Source: Dimorphilus gyrociliatus
Lineage: Eukaryota; Animalia; Annelida
NCBI GenBank assembly: GCA_904063045.1
Contig: CAJFCJ010000006.1
Location: 1,850,946-1,914,945, forward strand
DNA length: 64,000 bases
Direction of reading: 5' to 3'
Numbering within the stretch: the first letter of the stretch is position 1; each line of letters starts with the position of its first letter. Below the pieces are notes generated by a model. The model was not told the DNA's origin. It worked only from the letters and a program-made list of their open reading frames with translations, and did not search any database. The position numbers and the translations under genes are program-made. Shown here in pieces: positions 37,901-50,792 of the stretch.

Positions 37901-39376
37901 ATGGCGGAAACTGCAGAGGTTCGTTTAAACAATTTTACTAAATTACATCAATGTACTTATAGATAAATACTAATTATAATTAAGATAAGTAGATTAAGAT
38001 GATTAATTCAATTTTCTACAAATAAAAATGTTTAATTCTCTAAAGTATTGCCGAAATAAACTTTTTTTCAAAATGTGTTCTTTATATAAAACTTCACTAC
38101 AAGTAACATTTAAATCTATTTTCTTAATATAATTTAAAAGAAATAATAATTTAAATAAACAGGTAATCAGAAGATATAAAAGACGTTTTAATATCAAAAG
38201 AGACAACGATGTAAATCTAATTTATATGAGCAATAAGTATAAAAGATCAATAATATAATTATTAACTCTATAGTAATTGTATGTTTATGATTTCATTCCA
38301 AAATAGAAACATACAAGAGCTAAAAGAAGAAGATTTTATGCCATATAGATATTTAACTATTTTGTACTTGAATAACAATAAGGTATATTCCTATTATTTT
38401 TTAAATTATTAATAATTTATTGATAAGGAGTTATATATAAATGTCATTAATCCATAGCTATTTACAATAAACTTCTTTTCGGCTTGTATCAATTTAAGGG
38501 AGATATATTTACATCACAATAGAATAAGGTCGATTGCAAATTGTTTATATATGTTGACTTCCTTGAAGAGGCTACATTTGCATAATAATCAAATAAGCGA
38601 TTTAGAATCGACTATAAACGAATTTCGTAAAATGGTTGATTTAGAAGATTTAAGTATGTATTAACATACATTTTAATTCAATATAATATATCTAAAATAT
38701 TATTGTATTATCCATTAGATTTATTTAATAACCCTATTGCTCAGGAACGAGGCTATAAGCAATATGTTATAAGGCGTGTACCGCATTTAAAACTATTGGA
38801 TAGAGAAGGTGACAAAATAAAGAGAACTGTGCTATTCAATACTAATATTGTTTTTTTTTTGTCTATTTACTATTCAATTGATTATAGAAGTTACAAGAAA
38901 AGATAAGAGAATAGTTCCAGAAATTATAACTGTAGCATTTAATAGATGCAGTAGAGGACCGCCTGAAGTATTTTATCCACATTCTCCACCAATAACTGAA
39001 CTACCTCGTAAGGCTGTCTATTAATTGTGTGCTCTTAATACTATTAACGTCAATATCTGTTGACTTTGAACGATATAGCAAAGCATGAAGTCGCCAACAG
39101 CTTTTATAGAGATAAGTGAGTAAACTGTTAAATTTACTTAAAGATTCAAAAAAAATATTGCCCCAACCCTCCAATCTTTTTTTTAATGTTTTACTTTAAA
39201 AAAAATCAATCAGCCCTGCGATCGATATAGAGCAAGCTACCCAAATTCGCCAATCGAAAAGAAGTTGTAACCACTTTGCTCATATGGATTGGTCAATTGT
39301 GCCTAGAAGAGAAGAAAGAAGACAAACAAAAGTTAAATTCTCTACACCGTGCCTTATTAGTAAGATATGGCAATAA
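37901..39376 (+). CDS. LRRC72: Leucine-rich repeat protein LRRC72-like (SDS22-type LRRs with LRRcap)
   Basis: About 8 short exons: MAETAE|VIRRYKRRFNIKRDNDVNLIYMSNK|NIQEL...YLTILYLNNNK|...LKRLHLHNNQISDLESTINEFRKMVDLEDL|NLFNNPIAQERGYKQYVIRRVPHLKLLDRE|...IRQSKRSCNHFAHMDWSIVPRREERR. The last part parallels human LRRC72 [24 protein letters not shown] as I recall it. The 3' exons are less certain. Confidence 0.8.
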
Positions 39377-40932
39377 TCTTTTTCTCTTTTTTGAAAGTTT
39401 TTTACTTTTTTTTTCAAAAACGTGAACAAAAATTCTGTGCCACATTTTTTCGACAGTTTTATATTTATTTGTTAGTTTGTTTGCACGTGCCAAATTTTTT
39501 TTTGGAAGTTATAACCAAAGAAAGAACAGAAACAATGAAAACTGCATAATTTAGAGAAAAATCTATATTACTTTTATAATAAGACATAAAACCTATTTTA
39601 GTATTACAATTGTTTAGGATATTGAACAGAGTGATAGTTTCTTAGTGAACTGACAAATTCATAATTCTATATGTGCTGTGTGGCTTATTGTTAAAGGGCT
39701 AATATAGTTTTATTAAAGAATTAGAAAACATCATTTTTCTTTCTTTAAATTGTTATCAAGCGCCCAATAAATAATAAGTAGTGAATATTTCCTATATTTT
39801 TCTGCATTTAAGCAATGACATTGTGTTAGAATAGTTAATAGAGAGTAAGTCATATTGATTTTTCTTGTGTTTTGGTTCAACGATTATTCTTACGGAGACA
39901 TGACAAATAGAAAAAGCTATTCGCGTGAAAATAGAACAGTCTCTTTTTAACAAAAAATGTTGAATAATAATTCTAAAACATCTTTTTAAAGCGTTAGATC
40001 AATCTATTCTTGGCTTTTTGTCAAAATTTCACGTTTGCCTACGCAGTTTAAAGGATCGCTATTATGGTGACCGCTGCCGTTCAATATGCCAAAGAGGCAG
40101 TTCTCTTGACACGAGGTAAAACTGAGGGAAATGTATTAATTTTAGAGTTCTGCTTCAACACAACAATGTTGGACATCCGTATCCAATCTTGTAAAAACAT
40201 TAATTTGTATTGTACTTCACCCCTCGTGTAAATTCATACTCATTACTATTCTAGATTACAATTATTAATAGTTATATATGAAAAATGTATTGTAATGATT
40301 ATTTATTTAAAAATCCATCTTATTCTCTCCTTTTCCTATTGAATATGACACATTACCTTTGGAGAAATACTTTTGTTTGCTCAGGGTTATTTTCAGTTTA
40401 AATCCGAATGTTACAGGTGCTTTAGAATGGATTTTTTTTTTAATTAAATTCTATAGTTTTTCTTTTGACGCAATTCAATGAAAGAACTATTTGGCTTTAA
40501 CTATTACATATAAATGAATAATCGAAGTATCTTTCATATATGTAAATTTTATAAAGAATGGCAATTGATTTGAAGTATTAAAAACTTCACATATCAATAA
40601 CTTTTACATAAATGATGTTTTTTAGTCTAATTATTTGTATTTCTTTAATTTTAACAAAAATTTATCAGTGATATGTAATTAATTATCTCATTTACTAGCT
40701 TGTGCTGTTTTTGTAAAAGCTATCTTTATTGAAATTTAACACAACATTTTAAAAATTATTTATGAACAATTTAAAGAGTTAAAAAGCAGGTTAATTTATG
40801 AATTAAAATAGGAATTAATTTCTTTTTTCTTTTAATGTGGTTATTTTATCATGTTTGCTTTATAACAACTGATAATCTTCAACAATAATATGGTTAAGAT
40901 GTGTAAATAAAAGGCTGAATGGCTTGTGATTA

Positions 40933-42042
40933 CTACCATTTGACTTCGTCTGATTTGAACACGACATCGAACGGCCACTTTCTCCATTGAGTCAAAGCGA
41001 GAGGTATTCGTCCTGGTGAGTAGGGTTTTAATCCTCTGGCTTTCATCTCCTCCAAAAAGCCAGGCACGAGAGGATGTGCTTTAGAATTTCTATAGAACTC
41101 CCATTCAATAAATATGGCGAATATCTTCACTTTGTCTAAAAAGCGTTTTGAATGTGAAAATGCTTTCATTTCATATCCTTGAATATCTACTTTCATAACA
41201 GCTTCAGTAAAATTGGCTACATCACTTAGATCATCCATAAGTATTGAGTGACTCGAGTTTGGTCCAAGTCCGCGATCGTTGGTCTTTGATTGAGAGATTC
41301 TGGTGTCACCCTGATTGTTTGAACTTCGTCTAAAATAAACCGTTTCTCGAGTATCTGTTATTGGATTTACAACTAGTGTCACAAATTTTTCTAATTTTCC
41401 TAATTTAATTGATTTATGCAATCTTCTAATGGTTGGATAATAGGGTTCAACAGAAAGAACAGGACGTTGAAGCGTTTTACTAATAAACAATGTATAAACG
41501 CCCAAGTTTGTTCCCAAATCTATTAAACCGGCCTTTGGTCTTTGCATAAGAAAGGATTTCACTTGATTTAGGTATCCAGCCTCCCAAGAACCAGTCCTCG
41601 CTAAAGAACCAGATACATGTAAATCCACTTTCGTATCATACAAACAAATTGGTGTATTCTTTCCTTGTCTTAAACTAACGCATTTAAACCTGTCGTTGTT
41701 AGGCAGAGATAGATTATAAACTTGAACATTTCCTTTTGAATATGTTAAATTCCCTAAAAAGCTAAGTTTCTTGTTGAAATCTGTGGCAAGATTAGTCATC
41801 GTCGTAACAGATCTTGGTTTATTGTCAAGAGTTTGAGGTTTTATTTGTTTAGAAGCAGGTATATCAAGGAATTTAACACGATAAACAGTTCCATTTTTCA
41901 TTTGAAGATATATGTTAAATCTATTTGAGAATAAGGTATAATCCATGTTTTTAAATAAAAACATAAAAAGTAAAAGCATAATTATAGCACAGAGGATAAT
42001 CCGTGCCTTTCTATTGAAGATACTTGCTGTTGACATTGACAT
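40933..42042 (-). CDS. FkbM-family (Methyltransf_21) SAM-dependent methyltransferase with an N-terminal signal-anchor; single exon
   Basis: 369-aa ORF. Short basic tail plus TM (RKARIILCAIIMLLLFMFLF), stem region, then GSWEAG, SAM-binding motif IDLGTNLGVYTL, VLSVEP, NQGDT and VMKVDIQGYE (FkbM K-x-D-x-E/Q-G-x-E motif), ending W...DVVF. Confidence 0.88.
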   Translation of the reverse strand: MSMSTASIFNRKARIILCAIIMLLLFMFLFKNMDYTLFSNRFNIYLQMKNGTVYRVKFLDIPASKQIKPQTLDNKPRSVTTMTNLATDFNKKLSFLGNLTYSKGNVQVYNLSLPNNDRFKCVSLRQGKNTPICLYDTKVDLHVSGSLARTGSWEAGYLNQVKSFLMQRPKAGLIDLGTNLGVYTLFISKTLQRPVLSVEPYYPTIRRLHKSIKLGKLEKFVTLVVNPITDTRETVYFRRSSNNQGDTRISQSKTNDRGLGPNSSHSILMDDLSDVANFTEAVMKVDIQGYEMKAFSHSKRFLDKVKIFAIFIEWEFYRNSKAHPLVPGFLEEMKARGLKPYSPGRIPLALTQWRKWPFDVVFKSDEVKW

Positions 42043-43286
42043 ATTTCTATTTAGAATTCACAGAAACAAAATATTCAATGTAATTCAAAAGAAAAGCTGT
42101 TAAACTAGTTGATCAAAGCGCAGAAAACTTCGTTTAAAGCGGAAAAGTTTCCAACTGAACATTGTCATTTGAGCAAAGTCTTCATATATAGCAACAGCAA
42201 ATGTTTTCAGCCAGTTAATCGATAGATAGGTTAATGATTCATGTTGCGCGTGGAATTTGTATAGCTCTATTTAACAGCAAAATTTATTTTAAATAGGAAG
42301 AGCTACTACCTAGGATCTGTAAAGACCAATACCTTAAATACTTAAATACTATTGAAAATTAGTTTGCACGAGTTTTTTTCTCTATCATTAAGCAGATTAT
42401 ATATATTAGATTGTATATATACTGAAAATATTAATGATACGATATACAACATATAATTAAGAACGTGAACTTCTATCACTTTTTTCAAGTCACTAGTCGT
42501 TACTGTCCAGAGTTTTAATACAACGTTTTAAGAAGCGTGAAAGAATTGTCATAAAAGAAGTTTTACACTGCTATATGATAAAAACTTTTTACATTATACA
42601 GTAAAAGAAAGAGGTAAGTTAGGTATAAATTCTTACTTAACTTATTGCTGTAATAGTTTAATTGATTTTTTGAATCATTTATCATCATTTTCGTAGAAAT
42701 CAAGTTTTGTTTATAATTTCTAATAATCAAAATAAAGGGAAAGCGAATTCTCATTAGAGAAAAGAGAAAATTAAAAGTTCTTTCATAAAATAGTCATAGT
42801 AAATCGAAAGAATACTAATTTTACAATAATTGATAAGAATTAAAAAAAAAATCAATGAAAGTATTCCTGAAGGAAGATAATTAGAAATCTTAAAGTTTAA
42901 TTAATTTTAGTAGTTTTATCTTCTACTTCTCATCCTTTTATGCATTAGAAATGAAAGTTTTATAGCCCTATTTTATTTAAATACAAGTTAAATAATCTTC
43001 AAATAGGTTAAATAGTACATTTTTGTTCAGTCTCTGTAGAATTTAAACAATTATTTCACTTAGACATAATACATTTGATAAGTAAGTTATTAAAATGTAA
43101 CAATTAATTGTATTAGTTTTTGTGAGATTTTGCTGAAAGATGGTTGTCCTTTTTTAGTTAAAAAGAAAACTAAAGCAATATATCAATAATTTAAATTTCA
43201 GTGAAATATTGCTACAGCCCGCCAATTATGCTTATGTAATATTGTGGAGAGGTGACAAAAAGGTATTTTCATTTGTTTAATTGCAA

Positions 43287-45626
43287 TTATTTGTTTATAA
43301 AAACCGCTAATTCTCTAAATATTATCCAGTTTTGTTGTGTTCCCGTTATTCTAACTCTTAAGCAGTAAACTGATTCCTTTAAAGATTTGTCGAGTTCTTT
43401 AACGTCTACTTCCCCATTTTGAAATTTACCAATTTCTCTCCATGATTTGCAAGTAACAGATTCATCTCTTTCATCGGCAGGAAGATTAGTCTTCTCAAAG
43501 GCTGCTTCTAATACACCTTCTCTTAAAATATCACCAGCATGCTCAGGGGTTCCTGTTAACACAGCTGCTCTTTTTAAACGTAAACTATCTAAGAAAACTA
43601 CAGTAATAGTATCATTAATTTTAGGAGTTTTCGCCCAAAAGAAGTCAGTGGACATTGCATACATATGGTTAAGTTCATGATGTATATACGTTTCTAATGA
43701 AGTGTGAAGACTTGCAGATGGGTTATCACCTTTAAGCTGAACAGGGGCTGGTGCTTCTTTAACGTTCGAGCCGACCGAACCCGGAAAAAATCTGTCTTTC
43801 AAGCGATTTGGTTTCTTATTATCAAGAGATGAAACTAAACCCATGTGCTGAAAGAGTGTGGGTTTACGTAAAATAACTTTATGTTGTGCCATAGAATCTT
43901 TAAAGTAGCGTATAAGCCAATCTATTGGCTGTTCATCGTAGAAAGTCATCATATATCTGGCCAATTTCTCTAAATCAATGGATCTAACTAGTTTCCCAAT
44001 GAAACCAAGTTCAGAAAACTCTAGCATTGCCCATTGTCTATTGGAATTTTTTTTAACAAAATCGCGTATATGAGAAACATATCCGTCAGCGGGTAATACG
44101 TCGTCTTCCAATTGAACATAATACTCACTAATGTTTCTAGAATAAAGAAACATAAAAGAAAAGTCAATGACTTGTTTCGATCGCCATTGAACTCTCTTTG
44201 CCGGATCACGAAAATTTCTTTTGAGATTAACTAATTCTGGATAAAAAGATCGTGGAGCTTGTACAATTCTTAACAAACCATTACTCAGATCATTTTTAAA
44301 TAAATTACTTAGAATGACAATAGCTTTCTCATTATACTGCTTGTCAAAATCACCTAGTAAAACCACAATAACAACTTCTTCTTTTTCATTGTTTGTCATC
44401 TTTTCTATTAACGTTGCTATAGTGTCCTTGAGATATTTTAATCCATTGGCCCGTTGAATAGACGGAATAGCTATAGTCAGAAAACCTGTTTTTAAAAAAG
44501 AAATTAAAATTAATGTACATATCCAAATAAATATCAATAGTAAAAATTGGTTTGAAAAAATAGGTGTTTAAACAGCTACTCTTCCTATATACTGTAATAT
44601 ATTATCTTTATATAGTTAATTTTATTTCAAAAACACTTTATGGCTCTTTACATAGATTACAATACAACAAGTGACAATAGTGAATTTTTTAAATTACATT
44701 TAATAATTTTAACTAAAATAGTAATATTTAACTATTAGGCTTCATGTATTGTTAGCTTTAATTTACAATGCAGCTGTTATATAATATTGAATTATTCATT
44801 ATTGTATCATACTTGACGAGTAAAATTTACGTACTTTCAATACTTTTAAATAAACGTTGTTATCTACAAATTTTACAATAATCTTGTTAAAATTAAATAT
44901 ATTCAAGTTTGTAAAATATTTAATAAACAGGAAGTGTAAATAAAAATATAATAATGTTCTTTCAAAAACGTGCAGTTAATAATTCTGTAATCTACTGTTT
45001 ATTGTTAAATGTTTTTAAATTGCTATGGACTGGCTTAGATATGTGATTCTTTCTATATCCCATAATAATATAATATTATCAAGCTTTTAGTTTGAATTTT
45101 AACTGTTCTCTCTTTGAGTTATTTAGTCAATCTTCAATTTTTAATCAGTTTTTTCTTTTCTTTCTACTTTTAATTGAGCAGAGGAAGAGCGAGCGAAAGA
45201 GAAGGGGGTTCCCTACCCTCTATTGTATTAATCAGAGAATACACCTTTCAGACAATTTATTTAACTTGCTAATATAAATTTGATTAGAATTTTCTTTATT
45301 AAAATTAATTTCTATATTCATAATTACTTACCCTTTTTGTTTCTAATCTTTCCTATGGTTTTTACTTTGTCGTCGTCTAATTTTTTCCATTGTGGTAAAA
45401 CATCTGAAACTGATTGAGTGAAAGCAGAGACTGGAACTGCTGGCTGTTTCATATTTTGAATATAATGTTGCCCGCATGAAAATATCTCATTTTCTAATTG
45501 CTTAATTCGATCATTTGCTTGCTGTTTATCATTTGATTGCTGAAGGATTATTTTTATGTTGAGACAAACATAAAATGCCACTAGAACAGCGATAAACAAT
45601 TTTCCTGACAGAGTCTTTAAAGTCAT
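43287..45626 (-). CDS. MGAT4C: MGAT4-family beta-1,4-N-acetylglucosaminyltransferase (GT54, MGAT4C-like) with a C-terminal lectin-like domain
   Basis: Exon 1 (45332-45626) encodes the type II TM and stem. A phase-1 intron joins exon 2 (43287-44485): GFLTIAIPSIQR..YLKDT, RVQWRSKQVIDFSF, YYVQLEDDV, LEFSELGFIGKL, PIDWL, PTLFQHMGLVSS. The assignment to the C paralog is by resemblance only. Confidence 0.92.
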
Positions 45627-47097
45627 TATGAAATGTCTTGGATAATCATTTTAAGGCACACTATTCACGTGGAACTTGATTTTAGACTGTAAATTAATAA
45701 TAAAACACAAATAATCACAGCATCGAATGAATTGTTAGGACAGGTAGTTTCCTTACCAAAGGTACTAGTTTTCAGATAGTTGGGTCTCAGGTGAATATAG
45801 AAGCAATAATATATTGAATATTGATTCCCACCGTCCTATTGATGACACGCCATCTACTTGCTGTTTTTAAAAAAAACAAACATATCTCTTAAAATATATA
45901 TAAATATATAGTCAATAGAGGGTTTACTTATTTAACAATCTAAATTATTAATTAAATAATTACTAAATTATATTTACCTCAACAGTAAGAATAATTATTC
46001 AAGTTCTGTGATTTTAATTTAAAGACCTGCCGACTGAGATTATATTTTTCAGTCTTACTAAATACCAGACGTGGTATGCCTATGTAAAAACTTTTCTTGA
46101 TTAATTAAAAAAAATACAGTTTACCAACTTCTAATCACTGATTTATTATATCTTTATGTTCTTTATATTTAAAATTAATAATTACAATATTTATTGGGCA
46201 TATAGCTGTAAAATATACAGAATATATATATATATATATATATACAGTATATACATTTCAGCTGTTGTATCTTTAATACAAATGTTATAATAACATATAC
46301 ATAAAAGGCTATTAAATACTTAGAGAGATGGATAAAAAATATTTTTTTTTTAAAAAAAAAAAAAAACAATGTTTATAATAATAAAAGTATAGTAGATGTA
46401 TTTAATAGAGAAAGAAAAAAGCAAATAAATAAATCTGCTAATATACTTTCAACAGGTGCTATGAATAAAGTATAATTAACAATATTTCATATATTATAAG
46501 TTTTCAATTACAATGATCTTCCTTCGTTCTATAAAGTTTCGATAAAATATAAATAAATAAAATACTATATGTCATCGTAACAAAAGAATATCAATTGGTG
46601 TACTTTGAAATTATCTATACATTTCTTTTTCTAATATTGCAATAACAGTTCTTATATATTTTCTTCTAAAGAAATAATTATCCTAGAATAGTATAGCTAT
46701 GTATTATAGCTGCAGTAAAAATGCTGCGATTATATCATTTTTTACAGTATATTAATGTTTTTACCAATTGGGGAGAATTATGTAACTACTAACCGATTTG
46801 TTAAGTAAATTTATCATTTATACAGTACAAGTAGAACTCTTTCTATTCTATTGACCTAAATTCTGTTCAAAAGTCAAGTGCACATAGATTTTAAAAATAG
46901 AATAATTTCCCTTTAAAAATTGTTCTAATTGATTAAAATCAAACGAACGTCTAATTTCTAAAAGTAGTTGAGGTTTTTTTTTTATTTATTCCTTTAGGTT
47001 ATTAATTAAAACGAATTGCTAGAAAAGTAGGATGAAATTTGTGAGGAAACTAATACAAATGTAAACAAAAGAGGAAAAGAAAAGAATATTATTCTAA

Positions 47098-47157
47098 GGG
47101 GCGGAAGGGGGAGCTAAAGGAGGGGAGGAGCTGGGAGAGGAGGAGGGGGGGGGGCGG
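47098..47157 (+). repeat. G-rich polypurine tract with G-quadruplex potential
   Basis: GGGGcggaaGGGGGagctaaaggaGGGGaggagctGGGagaggaggaGGGGGGGGGGcgg sits inside very AT-rich intergenic DNA. Confidence 0.75.
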
Positions 47158-47425
47158 AAATATGTGAAACGCATAAATGTTAAAATTAAATAAAATCAAA
47201 ATTCACGATAAACAACTCTATTAAAATATTTTATAATTAACTTGATATTTTTACATATAAACTAGCCAAAGTAGCAATAGAAAAATTGAATAAAGTCAAT
47301 TATTATAAATTATTGAAGGTTAATTCCTATAAAAATTACTTTATATTACTCTTTTCCTTTCATTCTTGCTTTTCTTGCATTGTTTTTCATCAAAAGATTT
47401 AATTATTTTCAAGAAAATTGTTACT

Positions 47426-47451
47426 TCTCTCTCTCTCTCTCTCTCTCTCTC
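47426..47451. repeat. (CT)n microsatellite
   Basis: Perfect dinucleotide run. Confidence 0.9.
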
Positions 47452-50396
47452 ATAACGTTTGATGAAGATTATCACACAAATTTTTGTTTTTTCATTTCAT
47501 ATTATATTTTCAATTGTAATATTTTCTTTTTGTTTTACTAATACCAACAATAGGTAAATGTTTTTTAATATTTACCATATTGTATTACACTGCTTATTAT
47601 ATTATAGAAGGAAAACGGAAATAATTCTTTTGATTTTCCTTTTATAATAGATTTGCTAGTAAGTTTTATATGTTCAATACCTTTTAAAATACATTAAAAG
47701 AGGTATATATTTAACCTTTTCTATGTAAATATTTTAAAAGGCTAAATCGTAAGTAATCTTTTAAGAATTTATTGAAAAAAAAAGGCGAAGGTAGAAAGTA
47801 TCGTCACGCTCGTAAGCGATTAGACGCTCTTTTATTATATTTAGTATACAAAAAAAAAAATACTCCTGCTTTTGCTTAAAATAACTTTTTGCTTAGAGTT
47901 TCTCTCTTCTGATGATTTCTTTCATGTTTGTTTTACTAGAAGAAGGGAAAAAAAACTACATATATTTCGTAATAATTTAATTAGCAAACTATTCAAGAAT
48001 AATCGATTTATCGCTATTAAAAATACGGTTGACTTATTCTATTAAAAAACAAAAAAGAAGAATAAGTTATGTAAAAATTTGATGCTAATATGACTTTAAT
48101 GACCATATAATTTATTAATAAGCTAGATAATTTAGAAGATAGAATATTTCTTTTTTATCTTAAGTATAGTCTTAAGAACTGTATTAAGCTTTTAATTGCA
48201 ATAAAATTAAGATTCTTATTTAATAAAATAGTGAAAATTTAAAAGGATAAATTATATATCAATTCATTCTATTGCAGCCATATATTCACTATTAATCGTC
48301 ATTACGCATTTTTTCCTTCGAAATATACTGCAAAAGCAAATTATTAATTTGCTAATACTGCAGAATATATTTGAGTATGCTATATATACTGCAAAGATAT
48401 ATATACATTTATACATTAATTGAATATCTTCTTCTCTTTTTATTAGTGGTAACTCATCAGATTTTCCTTCTCTTGCTAAAGTAGTGTAACAGTCTAAGCA
48501 AACAAAATAACGGTTAAAAAAAAGAATTAAATTGGGGTCAATATGCCTTAAATTTGCATGCTGACTATGTATATTCTTTCTAAGAAAAATTATTTACACT
48601 CAACATGATTGAACAATAATACTCTAAATGTACTGGAAAATTAACTGACAGCTTTCGAAATTACATTATAACGACAGAGGGCACTGAAATATAATTTCTA
48701 TACTTTAGTTTTGCCCAAGAGTTTAGCGTTACTGATGACTTGCATTAAACAAAACCTATTTATATATTTTCTATATACAGCATATATAGTAATGTATATG
48801 CTTGTATATAGAATATTCTAAAACTTGATTGAGTAGAAGAGTAAAAAACTTATAAAGGAATTGATTTGAAATTAAGGACTTTTAATAAATAGATAAGAAG
48901 GTAAAAAGTTGTAAAGCTTAATGTCATTTAAAAGAAACCAAATAGGAAAACTGTCGATATTCTTTGTTTCCTTTAATCTCATAGGGGGAAAAATTCCCAT
49001 CTGAATTTTACGACTTCTTAGACGGGTTTATACTTTAATTTTTTTTTTTTAATATATTTCTTCTAGTAGATCTTGTTTATTATCTTGTTCGTGAATTAAC
49101 CTGGGAGAAATAGAACCTGTATTTTGGTCCGCATGATCGATAATTATATGCAGGATCACGAATTCCTTCTAGACTTGTAAAAAAAAAAAACCTGGCTTAA
49201 TTGGATGCCTACAAAAGAGGCTTGTGACCTAATATGGGTTACTAGGTTTACTTTGATAAAATTATTTATACAGTACGAAATGAAATTTAGCAATGGAAGA
49301 AACACACCTATGACGCATATAGATGAGAAAAAAACATAATGTCATATTAATTTATGAATCCCTAGTGAGAAAAATATAAATAACATGCAATTATCGGGAA
49401 AAGAGATCCGACATTAGTAAAACATTCTAAGACTTTTCAAAAGAAATAATAGTCGTATCCACAACAATTATCAGCTAAACGTATCTCTGATTAGAGAAAG
49501 AAAAATGGTAGTAGATATTACGCGTTTATCAGAATATATAAGGAATGGAGGAAACATATCGTGTTCATAACGAATGTAGTAGATATAAACTAATAAGAAC
49601 TATATAATAGATGATTAAGCAAATAGATGCTATAACATAATATATAAGTATAAACTGTCTATATATTTATATAAAGTTGTTTGTCTATTCGTGCTAGTCA
49701 CATCCTTCATTATGATGGAGAATATAAAGAGAAGGGGAGTTGGAAGAGAGGACACCTGGCTATAGTGTACTAAAGTATTGTAAATAAGATGAAAATTAAA
49801 TAATTCACGAAATTATCCCTTCACCTAAAATGACTTAATATCATTAATAAATTTCCTCAGAGATTACTTCATTTTATATAATATAGAAAAAGAAACATAT
49901 AAAAATATCATAAAATATATATACAGATTGTTATTTACAAAATAACAAGGCAAAAATGGAGACAATCTTTCCATATGTACAATAAAATTCATTTAAAGCC
50001 CGTTTATACTGTATAAATGCATATATATTAGTATAATTTATATATATATATATGTTATATTCAGTTAAACGGAAATTATCTGAATCTAAACATAAGTGAC
50101 TTGATGTAATTTAAAAAACAAGTGAACGCTTTGAACAGAAAACTAAAAAAAATAGAAATAAAATTGGAAATTGGTAATAAAAAAAAACAAATGAAAAATA
50201 TTAAAACAGCTATTCAACATATCAGATTAGAATAAATGCAATAGAATGTAAATGTCATTTAAAAATAGGACGATAGTTTCTTCTACTATGACTTTGCAAG
50301 ATTGCTTATATAATAGAATTTTTTAAGATAATTTTGTAAAATACCAGAGGATGAAAATCAAACGAACAGTTTAATCTTCTCGATTCTCGAATGCTG

Positions 50397-50792
50397 TTAT
50401 ACTTGAGCTATGGGGCCAGGTTCTGTAATTCCCTCAGTTGAACTCCTCGCTGCCATTTTTATGCTAATTTGAGAACCATTGAGAGTTAAATGCCCATTAT
50501 CCCTTTTCTTCTTTCTTGTATAAGCTACGCAATACCTGATAAAACCGCCTATTATACAAAGTAGACCGGAGACTAGGAAGACCGGACCAATAATAATAAG
50601 GGCGTTTGTGGATGAACTCGAGGATTTCCGAAGGCCGAGAAAAGTTGTTAAGGTTCCGGCTATTAGCAGAAAGAAACCCAAGCAAATTACCATGACCCCC
50701 TGAGTCATGTGATTGAGGAACGGATCTCTGGGTTTACTCCCTGCTGCTGCCCGTTGTCGTTGACGAATAGGGATTCGAACTATGGCCGGCAT
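50397..50792 (-). CDS. Small two-TM hairpin membrane protein (PIRT/TMEM100/TMEM200-like architecture)
   Basis: GC-richer 131-aa single-exon ORF with two hydrophobic helices (GVMVICLGFFLLIAGTLTTFLGL and ALIIIGPVFLVSGLLCIIGGFI). The second contains the I-G-P motif and is followed by a basic stop-transfer RKKKR. Family placement is by architecture only. Confidence 0.7.
   Translation of the reverse strand: MPAIVRIPIRQRQRAAAGSKPRDPFLNHMTQGVMVICLGFFLLIAGTLTTFLGLRKSSSSSTNALIIIGPVFLVSGLLCIIGGFIRYCVAYTRKKKRDNGHLTLNGSQISIKMAARSSTEGITEPGPIAQV

Noticed and set aside
40933-42042. Bacterial contamination or misassembly as the source of the FkbM gene
   Set aside because: It has a eukaryote-style signal-anchor, host-like composition, no operon context and spliced animal genes on both sides.
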